A stretch of DNA of 64,000 nt, from assembly GCA_013239625.1 (NCBI GenBank), contig MU054925.1:22191496-22255495 (forward strand), given 5' to 3'. Shown here piece after piece: positions 53,841-64,000 of the stretch. Below the pieces are notes generated by a model. The model saw only the letters and a list, made by a program, of their open reading frames with translations, made no database searches and was not told the DNA's origin. Both the position numbers and the translations under genes were made by a program. This DNA comes from Lama guanicoe (lineage: Eukaryota). Each line of letters opens with the position of its first letter. The stretch's first letter is position 1.

Positions 53841-56013
53841 GTAATTTTCTATCCAACTGAGTTATTTTGAAGGAAAAAGATTTGGCCGGCCAAGAAGTAT
53901 GTTGAAGAACAACCAAGAAAAAAAATTTTTTGATCACTATTAAGTATATACAAATCATGGTATGAGAGATTCCTGATGATGCATTATTTAGAGGAGGTAT
54001 TAGAAACTTTAAAAAAATTTTTCTACTGAAGTGGAAAAGTATGACTAACTCTGCACAATACTCATCCAAAGTAAGAAAAACAACTTCCATGTCTACTGAA
54101 GGTAAATCAGTAGCACTTTTGTTATTAATTGATGAACTAGAAATTACCTTATTTATATCCTCTAGAACTACTCAGGCGTTAGACTCAGCAGAGTGCAAGT
54201 AGAAAAGAATGATTTTCCTATCATTGCTCTTTAAATCCTTCCAATTTGTTCTTCCCTGTATCTGGATGAATGCCTAAGCATATGACATAGCTTTTGCAGT
54301 AATTACCATTAAGTATTAACATGTTTATGTATGATGATTTTGTACTTTTTAAATTTTTCAACCTGACTTATTATCAATAATTTTACACTTTCAACCACCA
54401 AAGTTTCTCATTTCTCCAGTTGCTCAGTTCTGCCTCAGCCAAGGAATTCTACAGTTTGAAAGGAAATGCATAGTCAGTTCTCCACCTTCTCTCCATCCTG
54501 CTATTCAATTTCTCCTGCTCCAAATTAGCTCCTCCAGAGTTGTCTCTGTGGGTTGGTATTTGGAGAAGAGAAAAAGGACAGAAAAGGTCCTGATTGCTGG
54601 TAAACTTATAATTTGACTTTGGTATACTCTAGGAATGATAAATGACCAGATGTTAATATTTCATACACTGGTGCTTTGTTTTGCTTTTTTTTTTTTTTTT
54701 GAGGGTGGAGCAAGGCGGAGTGTGCTGGGAGGAGCCTCACTGAAGACTTCCAGATATAATGCCTTGGTGCAGGACCAAATGGCTGCTGGAAAGTCTCCTA
54801 AGTTCCTAGAGTCTGGTGGCTCAAAGCCAACCTCTTCTGGTAGAGGTTACCTCTCCCCTCTTGGTGTTTTTGTGGATAGAGTCCCTTTCAAGGCTGCTCA
54901 TGAACAGCTCCCTTGCATGGATTCCACATCTGCCCTCAGCAAACACACACCTCTGCTCTATGGTCCATGGAAGGGCAGTGTGTACCCACTTAGCCTCTCT
55001 TCACTCTGACACCAAATGCTGTCCATGTCTCTCTCTCCTTTAGAAGGTTCCTAGGCATTTGTTAATTAAAAGAATCTGCATCCCCAAAATTTCAGAGACG
55101 ACTTGCCATGCTTTCTTTCTGAAGCCTCTTCACTCGGTTAGGTGAGGGTTAAGAAATAGCCCCTTTATTTCCCTTTGGTGGAAGGGTGTGAATACATACA
55201 GAGAAAACTGAAACACGGATGTTTTCTAAGCAAGGGTTGGAAATGACAGAGCCAGAAGTAAGGTATAGCGAATATGAAAGCTGTCCTTTCTTCTGGACAT
55301 CTAGTTTCATGTAGACTTAACGGGCCAAGCCCAGTGCCTGGGATGTGGTATGGCCTCCTCAAGTATCTGCTGGATGAATGGATGTGCACTAAGAGATGGA
55401 ACCCTTAGAGGCCTGAAGGAGAGGGGGCTCACTTACAAGAGAACCTACAGGATTTAGGTGCTGGGCTGAACATTTCAGGTTATTAAATTCCCATGACAAT
55501 GCTAGGAGGTAGGTAATGCCCCTTCCAGAAAACAGGCTTAGAAATGTGAGATGGGCAGAGAAGCATCTGACCACAGGGCTCTCTCACCCCATGCTCTTTT
55601 ATTTTGTCCTAAATTTGAATTTTAGTGGTCCCTGCACAAAGTCATGATTCAGGGAAGGCAAGAGTTCTCGTGTATCTGCCTTGAATAGTAAGGTAATCAA
55701 GTTATTTCTGTCTATTGAACACATTTCCTGCAAAGTCATTGACTCTCAAGTGATCTAAAACAGAACTGTTTTTGTGTTACAGTGAGGAAGTTATGTAGAT
55801 CTTAATATTCTTCGAAGGCCATATAAACATTTCATCATTTGACTGACTTCATCCCTTATTTTTTCTCCTCCATAAAATACCAAAGATTGGTAAATTACGG
55901 TATTTACTCTGTGCGTGAGGAGAATGGGAAATCTAATGTATACTAATCTTAAACAGAGATGATATGAATCACCAAAAAAAAAAATCTTCCAATGATTTGT
56001 TTTTCATTAAAGC

Positions 56014-56206
56014 CAGGGAACCAAACCATCACCTATGGGCCAAATCTGGTCTGCTGTCTGTTTTCACAAACAATTTCAGCTACCACCATATCCATTCTCT
56101 TATATGTTATGTATTACTGCTTTCATACTATTGTAAGAGACTATGAGTCCCCCAATGCTTAAAATATTTCAGTATCTGGCACTCTATAGAAATATTTTTC
56201 TGATCT
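56014..56206 (+). mobile_element. MER58A-like hAT-Charlie MITE
   Basis: tgggccaaatctggtctgctgtctgtttt...aaaatatttcagtatctggcactctatagaaa. Confidence 0.7.
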
Positions 56207-56463
56207 ATTTTTTTTATATAAAATTAAAAGCATTTCCTCTGTATATTTTTTCCCACAACCTAGACATGGCATCTAACTTTGGGGATGTAGTAGCTGCTAA
56301 TTCCTTTTTTAAGAGTATCTTTTTTCACACGCTATCTTAATTTATGCTCCAAAATACTTTCAAGTTTGATGTGCTTGTGGTAAATATCTCATATAAAACA
56401 TGAATATAAAATTAGGCACAAAGGATAAAATACTGTAGAGTCAGAGATAAGCACCTAAACTGG

Positions 56464-56686
56464 CAGCTGATGCACTTTTTACCTGGGGGGCAAGCTAGTA
56501 AAACTATTCAGCCTTACAGGCCACACAGCTTAGTCTCTTTCATAAGTTTTCAACTCTGCCATTGTCACTCAAAAGCCATGTACGATAAACAAATAAACAC
56601 GTGTGACTGTGTTTCCAAAAACCTTTATTTTCAAAATCCAGCTATTGGCCCTATTTGGTTAAAAAGCCATAGTTTGCTGACTCATG
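56464..56686 (-). mobile_element. MER58A-like hAT-Charlie MITE, opposite orientation
   Basis: tcaactctgccattgt...gtgtgactgtgtttccaaaaacctttatttt...gccatagtttgctgactcatg. Confidence 0.7.
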
Positions 56687-58784
56687 GTCTATATACTGAA
56701 GATTTAGTTCTTACAGACACTGTGGGGGAAAATCATATTATTCTTTATCAGCTTTAATAGACTTCATTACCAGAGGAATTTCCAAATCTCTGTATTCTAC
56801 TAAATACTTTCTCTTCTTAGAGAAGAAAATTCTCTTTTGGCCATCTTAAGTATATATATATATATCTCCATCATTTGGCTCTCTGCCCATATGAGAATAA
56901 TAAAAGCAAGAACTTATAAATAAGTCTCTTCACCCCTTTAAATGGAACATATTGGACTCAGATCTATCTTGAGGGAGCACCATGTGAAACACTAATTGTA
57001 TCTGAGTAACAAAAACAAAAGTCCTCCACTCTCTCAGATGAACTAAACATCATGATTAAATCTGAGCTCAGAGAAACATCAAAAATAAATCAAATGCTCT
57101 AGCAGGTAGCTTAAATTGTCATAAATCTTTTCCATACCACTCTAAGTTAACTGTTTTAATTCTGATCTCCCTGTAAAAGAGAACTGTTAACACAAGGAAG
57201 CAATTTCCTTCCTGAGATTTCAGGACCTGAATTTTTCTTCCTCTTTTCACTGTATTTGCTAGATTGTTCCACATGGCTGGAAGTAGAGACCAGCTTAGGT
57301 CATCTTGGTTAATGGGGATTTATTTTAAAGCTACATGGAAGGTAATGAGGGTGGTAAAAAGGTCTCAGTAACCAAGCAGACAGGTCAAAAGAAGAACTGG
57401 AACACCGTTCATCACTGTTCTGAGCACGGCAGCTCTATCTTGCTGTCAGCTACTCTGGTAATCCAGCCCCAGCTCCAACAGTTCCTCCTGCTTGTCTCTC
57501 AGTTCTTCCCATTTTCATTACTTCAAGTTTTCAACTCGGCTAACAGCTAAATTCTATCTCTTCTTTGTATAATATACAGCTTTGAGGTTGTCTTAGTTTC
57601 TACTGTCTCAGTGTCCCTGCAACTATATGTTCTCTACTTACTGCTCACCCTAAGTTTATCTATTATTGCCCCAACACATCTATGTGTTATATTCAAACTC
57701 TGTAAGTGACAGGACTTAATTGGGTCTACCAGTCACTACAGAATAGATTCTGTACCAGAACCCCTACTAGATACTGACTTTTGTTCTGGTGCCCATTGCT
57801 GGATCATCACGTGGTCCAAGTCACAGGATAATGTGATACAATGAATGGGCACCTTTGGGTAAGGGAACCCTCAGGAATGGAGTTGTGGGCATGAGAGACT
57901 CAAGCATTATGCTCTATCAGGTATGCCTTTGTTAGTCTATGAAAATATTTAGAAATAAAAAAGCATTTTGCTTTAGAAAAACTAAATTCTACTGCTCTTT
58001 AAATATAACTTTCTTATAAACAGGTGGAATATTTGTCTAAATTTAAGCACAAATTCATTTTCATTTGTTTGTGTGACTATAAGGTTTAATACCTGTAGAG
58101 GTCTGGAAACTTATACCTATATTTGTTCTGTAATTTTAATAAATTTAGGCTTTAAATGACTCAAAGAATTTGGTCTTTTTGGGACTTAGTAAAGTTTTCT
58201 TTAGTTGTTTGTTTTTTAATGTTAAAAAAACTGCACACTGACGCTACAACTAATGGAGATATCTATTTAAAAATACTTGGAGGTCCTTTATATATTTGTG
58301 TTTGAGTTATAGGCTCTATGTTTTAAAGTAAATGTTATTAAACAGTGATTATACTGCTTGTATCTCGCAAGAATTTGTTGAAAACTGTGAAAGGAAAACA
58401 TGGCTAGCCTTGAAACAGTTAATAAGTTAATTTTGTGCTGAGTTAAAAATTCATATCAAAATTATGCTTTAGCTTATAAAAACTTGCAATCTTCTAAATC
58501 ATTTTATTATTACAACTTAGGAATAATCAAGGAAGGATATATAAACACATAAAACCTGTTTTATATTTCCATTTAAAATGTTTATTTATTTATTTGAGTA
58601 TCTTTAATTGGGATCATTTTTCTAATTGGCATTCTAAATAAAAATATTATTTTCTTGAATACATTATTTAGGGTAAATATCCATGCTGATCTCTACAAAA
58701 GATATGCCAAATAATCAATAAACATTACAATAGCTATGCAAAATATTTTTGTAAATACTCAGTGATTGATCACTTCTGCCCAAG

Positions 58785-59019
58785 TCAATTCCAGAAGAAC
58801 TACAGAATGGAGAGGGATTTGGATACATCATCATGCTGCGGCCAGTTGGCTCAACAACCTGGACCAAGGAAAGGGTACTGTCTGTAGAGTCGTCAAGGTT
58901 TGTTTACAGAAATGAAAACATCATCCCTCTTTCTCCTTTTGAAGTCAAAGTGGGTGTATTTAATAACGAAGGAGAAGGATCCCTGAGTACTGTGTCCATT
59001 GTATACTCTGGGGAAGATG
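58785..59019 (+). CDS. CNTN6: CNTN6 exon (~exon 18), remainder of FN3-2
   Basis: ttctgcccaag|TCA ATT CCA (SIPEELQNGEGFGYIIMLRPVGSTTWTKERVLSVESSRFVYRNENIIPLSPFEVKVGVFNNEGEGSLSTVSIVYSGED) G|gtaagt. Confidence 0.93.
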
Positions 59020-59132
59020 GTAAGTTGTGCTCAGCGCTGGAATGGTTCTCTTTGAGACTATATTTATATTTTGCACTTGTTTTCTATGAACCACTCTGCT
59101 GAAGATGGTTGTGTCTTTTTTCTGGATGGTAG

Positions 59133-59248
59133 AACCTCAACTAGCCCCAAGGGGAACCTCTGTCCAAAGTTTTTCTGCTTCAGAAATGGAGGTTTCATGG
59201 AAAGCTATTGCCTGGAACAGAAACACTGGAAGAGTTCTGGGCTATGAG
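59133..59248 (+). CDS. CNTN6: CNTN6 exon (~exon 19), first half of FN3-3
   Basis: ggatggtag|AA CCT CAA (EPQLAPRGTSVQSFSASEMEVSWKAIAWNRNTGRVLGYE)|gtaatc. Confidence 0.92.
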
Positions 59249-59909
59249 GTAATCTACATTAATTCCATGTTCCACTATGAATATGCCAGCTTACCGTACA
59301 ATAGTCTGTTAAATAGTCCTGTACTACTAACCTTGTTCTTAGCATACAGTAGTGTATGTCTAAAACAATAGAGGGGAATGAATGGCAGGGATCGTTCCGG
59401 GTAATCTTAAGCAAACAAATTACTAATTGGTAGTATTTAAAAAGCAATCAGGAGATTATCTTACTTAATTATTCAAACTGCAGTCATACTTGTTTCTTGG
59501 GGATAGGTAAACATCTCATCTTCAGAGATCTTAACCCATAGAAGAATTCCAATGGGAAGCCTACTCTATACTCTGGACCATGACTAAAAAAGTTAGTCAT
59601 CTTGAAAAATGCAGTTAAGTGACAAGAAAAATTCTACATTCACCTAATCTGCCACATATAATCCATATAGAATGAAACAAATCACCTCATATTCATGGGT
59701 CTTCATTCTCACAAACTTAAGGAGTGAGACTTATTAACCACGTATTGTCCTGTGACTTGTAAATCTAATGATTTACGAAATGAGTAACACAGTTTACTTT
59801 ATTTTGGAGTTAGAATAAAAGTACGATTTTGCCTTATACTGTTCTCTTTATTTTCTTTTTACATGAACCCTCTTATCTAAAGAGAAAGTTCTACTGTATG
59901 ATAGGTGTC

Positions 59910-60240
59910 TCTGCCACTCCACTCCTAGAATGCCCTTACCCCTTATCTGAACCCTATTTATTTCTCATAGCTCATCTCCAGTTTCCTCTGCTCTCTGAAC
60001 TCTTCTCTGATCACTCCCTGATGTTATCTTTCTTCAAATTCTTACAGCATTTTCCCCCTGTATCACTTTTTTGGAATGCATCCTCCACTTTCTTTTCACA
60101 TATGCATTCTAACATCTTAACTAGATTATAAGGGGTTCAAAGGCAGGCATCAAGCAATATTATCTCTTGTCTTTCTCAGTGTGCCTCAAATAGTGCTAAT
60201 GGTTAGGAACAGTTCAGTATAAGCTGAATTATTAATTCAT
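59910..60240 (+). mobile_element. LINE-2 3' portion
   Basis: actagattataaggggttcaaaggcaggc...agctgaattattaattc. Confidence 0.55.
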
Positions 60241-60621
60241 CTGTGACTCAAAGAACTCTTGAGGAAATGTCAATGGCAAAACATCATAACTTCAGTCTCT
60301 GATTAATAGTATAAATCTTGTTTTGGTCTGACTTATTATATATCCTTTGTTAAAGGTGTTAACCTTTAGATATCTCACAAAACATTTTATTGTGGTAATC
60401 TAAAAAAAAAAAGGAACCTAGGTTCTCTAATATCCATTATAAATTTGTACTTTTATTGCTTCCCTATAAATTTTGGACTTTGATTATTTTGTTGTTATTG
60501 TATAACCATTTTAATCAGAAAATATTCTCTCGTTTATGCTCCTTACTTCTTCCCATATGTCACTGTGGTTGACAGTTGTTAGGAAACAATAAATTGCTTG
60601 CTCTTTGTTTTTAATGACCAG

Positions 60622-60808
60622 GTCTTATACTGGACAGACAACTTCAAAGAATCTATGATTGGTAAAATTAGAGTCAGTGGAAATGTCACAACCAAAAACA
60701 TCACAGGACTGAAAGCTAACACTCTCTACTTTGCTTCTGTGAGAGCTTACAACACTGCCGGCACAGGGCCCTCAAGCCCCCCAGTCAATGTTACCACCAA
60801 AAAGTCTC
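60622..60808 (+). CDS. CNTN6: CNTN6 exon (~exon 20), second half of FN3-3
   Basis: gaccag|GTC TTA TAC (VLYWTDNFKESMIGKIRVSGNVTTKNITGLKANTLYFASVRAYNTAGTGPSSPPVNVTTKKS) C|gtaagt. Confidence 0.95.
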
Positions 60809-61059
60809 GTAAGTATACTTTACATCCCAGGGACCGAGATTCACCTATAATTAAAAACATTCCTTTGCTCAATTTCTATTTTATTCCTCCCACCTCATCA
60901 TTTGACTGATTGCTTTCCTTGTTCAGTGGGTTTGTCCCTTAAATCTGGGTAATTGTTGCAACTTTCTGTTAACAATCAAAATGAACTGTTTTGATCTTTC
61001 TGGAATTGCAAAAGAGGAATGTGTATTAAGTATACAGATAAAAGACAGAGAATACATTT

Positions 61060-61280
61060 AAGGACACACTCTGTTGCCCTCTCCCAACTTGAGTTCAGAA
61101 CCTGACCTCCCATCCTTGGACAGTTAGGTGGTTATTTAATCTTTCGGTTTCAACATGCTCATTTGTAAAATGAAGAAAAAGTAGTACCTATTTCCTCATA
61201 GGGCTTTGTTTAAGATTGAAAGAGATAAATTAATGTAAAGTATCTAGCACATGCCTTAGTAAATGCTTAGTGAATGTTTT
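61060..61280 (+). mobile_element. MIR SINE
   Basis: gctcatttgtaaaatgaag...gtacctatttcctcatagggctttg...atgtaaagtatctagcac...agtaaatgcttagtgaatgtt. Confidence 0.8.
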
Positions 61281-62009
61281 GTTTGTCAGTTTTTGTTTGG
61301 TTTGGTTTATCATTTGAGTCTTGATGTGATCCTAGCATTGTCGTATATCTGTATCTTTTCTTCCATGGTACTTTAATCGCTGCAGTTTACTTGGAAGCCC
61401 CTGAAATCCAAGAATTAACTCTTCTGCTTCTTTTTATCTCCTTTAACAATAAGCTAAATGTCTTTCACGTAGATAGGACCTACTAAATAAAGGATGAACA
61501 TTTGATTGTTGCTGCATTTATCCTATGAGTGAGTCTGGTATTCAAAGATATTCTGCAATATGAGGCACAGTAGTAAAGAAGGAATGGTCTGATCAGATAG
61601 GACTTAGCAAGAGCTGCAATTTGTACTTTTTATGATTGCATAATGGTCATATATTTCTTACATACTGTAGATAAACAAAATATTTTTATTAACAGGCTTT
61701 TAAAAACACATTCTTTGGTCTCTGCACCCTCATGAAAAAGAGTAACAAATATAGTTGCTGAGTTTTGAGAAAGACTAAGACATGAATGCACTGCTACTAA
61801 CAAGCAGAAAAAATAGAGCTTGTCTTTAAATGCTGCATTCTTATTTCTCCTGTGTATTGGGAAAGAATAGGTGGTTGAAAAGAATTTGAAAAGCAAAAGA
61901 TATATTTCTTCCTATAAACATATATTTGCCATGTCCAAAAAGAACTTAGAAATTGTCAATTAATAGGCTTTTGATTACGGAGTGCATTACCCACTATGTC
62001 CATTTCACC

Positions 62010-62210
62010 AGCCAGCAGTCAGAGACCTGTGTTCTAATTCTGGGTACATCACTAACTTATAACCTGACATAGGACAAGACATTCCCTTTTTATGCTTTAA
62101 TTTTCTTACATGTTAAATGAAATTATGTCTGCCCCTACTACTTTCCCAAATTATCAGTGAGGAACAAATGAGGTTCTGATTATAGGAGCACACTGGAAAA
62201 CACAAACTGC
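62010..62210 (+). mobile_element. MIR SINE
   Basis: agtcagagacctgtgttctaattctgg...ttttcttacatgttaaatgaaa. Confidence 0.65.
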
Positions 62211-62888
62211 TGTGGAACTGCTAAGGAGGAAACAAACACATAAACAAAAACCTCTAGCATCAGTCCATTTCAAGAAAAGAGCATGTGTGGATCAACAATT
62301 CTTAAACCAGCTCTCCTTCAATCCACAAGCTCGAAATAGGCTAAGTCATGAATGATCTTCAAGAACTGACCAGTCAGAGATGTAGTTCCATTCCTCTTCC
62401 TGTTTTATTCCATGTTGACTAAATTAATGAAGTCACTGTCATACACCCGTAGGAATGACTGGCTTCCATGGCCCTTCTGGAGTCTAGCCTTTTTCAGTTA
62501 ATCTGAAAATCTTGATGGAAATCTCCAATCAATCAGTGGTTTTAAATTTGCCCAGACACTTCCTTCTAGCTGATGGGGGTTGCCAAACTCACAGAAACTC
62601 CTACGTGTAATTCAGTTTCTATCTCAGGCAAAATCAAGGATGATCAGAAGTATGTAAAGGCAGTATTTAAAAACCTCATAGATTTGACAGATCTGTGACA
62701 GATATTTCAGTATATTTGGTGAGGCAATATTCAAGCTTACTCATATTATATGTATTTTCACTGATAAGTTTAAAGTAGGCTGAGAGCTGAACAATAAACT
62801 AATGACAAAAATATATATCACTATAGGTATATATATATATGATATACATAAAACAATGTACACACATCTATATATACACACACATATA

Positions 62889-63229
62889 CAGTTGTCCTTC
62901 ACTATCCAAAGGGTTTTGGCTCCTGGAGCATCCANNNNNNNNNNNNNNNNNNNNNNNNNNNNNNNNNNNNNNNNNNNNNNNNNNNNNNNNNNNNNNNNNN
63001 NNNNNNNNNNNNNNNNNNNNNNNNNNNNNNNNNNNNNNNNNNNNNNNNNNNNNNNNNNNNNNNNNNNNNNNNNNNNNNNNNNNNNNNNNNNNNNNNNNNN
63101 NNNNNNNNCAAATTCAAGTTTCGCTTTTTGGAACTTTCTGAAATTTTTTTTCAAATATTTTCAGTCTGAAGTTGGTTGAATCTGCCTATGTGGAGAACCC
63201 TCAAATATGCAGATACAGAGGACAACCTG
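62889..63229 (+). mobile_element. MER2B-like TcMar-Tigger MITE with TIRs and TA duplication; centre is an N gap (62935-63108)
   Basis: TA|cagttgtccttcactatc ... gatacagaggacaacctg|TA; caaattcaagtttcgctttttggaacttt...gttggttgaatc. Confidence 0.8.
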
Positions 63230-63899
63230 TACATACAAATGAACATACACACATAAACAGAATGTACATAACCTTAAAGATAGTTTTTTTCCTTTATCAA
63301 CCATATGACCATGTGATAGTTTTTGCTAACCTATTCTGTGTTTTTAAGCATAAAACTTGTTTTTGACATGGCAAATCAGGTGTGTTCTGTTGACCCACTT
63401 GGTCCTAGAAATGGAACTGACTGAAACTTGTATTAAATGCCAAAGAACATTACTGGTGGCTTGCCTGAGCGTTCCAATGATTGGCCTCATCAAAGGGTTG
63501 GGAGATACATCCTTTGAAAACAGTTTACTTAACAAGGAGAATTTTTATCCAAAATATAGTGCTGGAATATATCTCCTGAGAGAAAAGTGAGATGAGAGAA
63601 AGTGACAGCCGAGTTTGGTATTTCTTTAGCATCCATCTTCTTTCTTGACTAAATCAAAATAAAAATCCTTGTAATTTCTAATTTCTTTCAAGAAAACACT
63701 GTTTCAGTATTTCTTAAATTTGCCTTTCACCAGCCTGCATGCTTCAGTGTTTTATCAAAACACACAACAGGACTTGAGAATAAGAATGTCCTACAAGACT
63801 CCATCTCATATTTGAATACCAATTGAACCTCTGATTTTTTCTTTTGACATTCTTTAACACTGACATTGTGAAAATAGACTAGAAACTGCCTTCGCCTCC

Positions 63900-64000
63900 T
63901 ATTGTTAATATTCAAATTGCCATAGCTTAAGAGTTTTAAAACAACAAAAATTTATTATCACACAATTCTAGAAGTCAGAAGTCAGAAATAAGTTTTATTG
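63900..64000. mobile_element. Start of MLT1-like MaLR LTR (runs off window)
   Basis: ttaaaacaacaaaaatttattatcacacaattctagaagtcagaagtc. Confidence 0.6.

Larger units (their letters stand above)
2115..60808 (+). other. CNTN6: Partial contactin-6 (NB-3) gene: 13 internal coding exons, Ig3(C-term) to FN3-3
   Basis: Exon lengths 185,137,130,151,128,176,118,159,150,71,235,116,187 (1,943 nt) with compatible phases and GT-AG boundaries. Peptides such as [49 protein letters not shown] and AIAWNRNTGRVLGYEV match my recollection of CNTN6 rather than CNTN3/4/5. Each Ig/FN3 domain is split over two exons. Confidence 0.95.

Noticed and set aside
59249-59371. Exon 19 read-through giving a hydrophobic C-terminus
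   Set aside because: It would truncate FN3-3 mid-domain; hydrophobicity is explained by T-rich intron codons.
1-64000. A novel prokaryotic-style system (CRISPR array, defence operon, gene cluster)
   Set aside because: The window is a spliced mammalian gene with mammalian repeats; it has no long ORFs, operons or repeat-spacer arrays.

Overview
AT-rich mammalian genomic DNA from a draft assembly with four short N gaps. It holds the middle of a contactin gene on the + strand, recognised as CNTN6 (NB-3). There are 13 coding exons (1,943 nt, all GT-AG, phases join into one open frame), corresponding to human exons ~8-20 (numbering recalled). They encode the end of Ig3, Ig4-Ig6 and FN3 domains 1-3; the 5' exons and the FN3-4/GPI-signal exons lie outside the window. 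The introns, including two of 21.5 kb and 17.6 kb, contain ordinary eutherian repeats (MIR, L2, old L1M/HAL1-like, MaLR/ERVL LTRs, MER2B, MER58, MER5) and younger cetartiodactyl-type L1 3' ends. No young SINE was recognised, which suggests a camelid (inference). I see no prokaryotic-type or clearly new biological system. The best leads are: in-frame tandem splice acceptors at 4 of 6 inter-domain linkers; a TSD-bounded L1 insertion with ~200 bp of apparent 3' transduction; a short intron whose retention would add a hydrophobic tail right after FN3-2; an in-frame internal donor in exon 16; an apparently lost N-glycosylation sequon; a consensus CTCF site; and perfect tandem duplications. Repeat family names are by-eye matches to remembered consensus sequences, and repeat boundaries are approximate.
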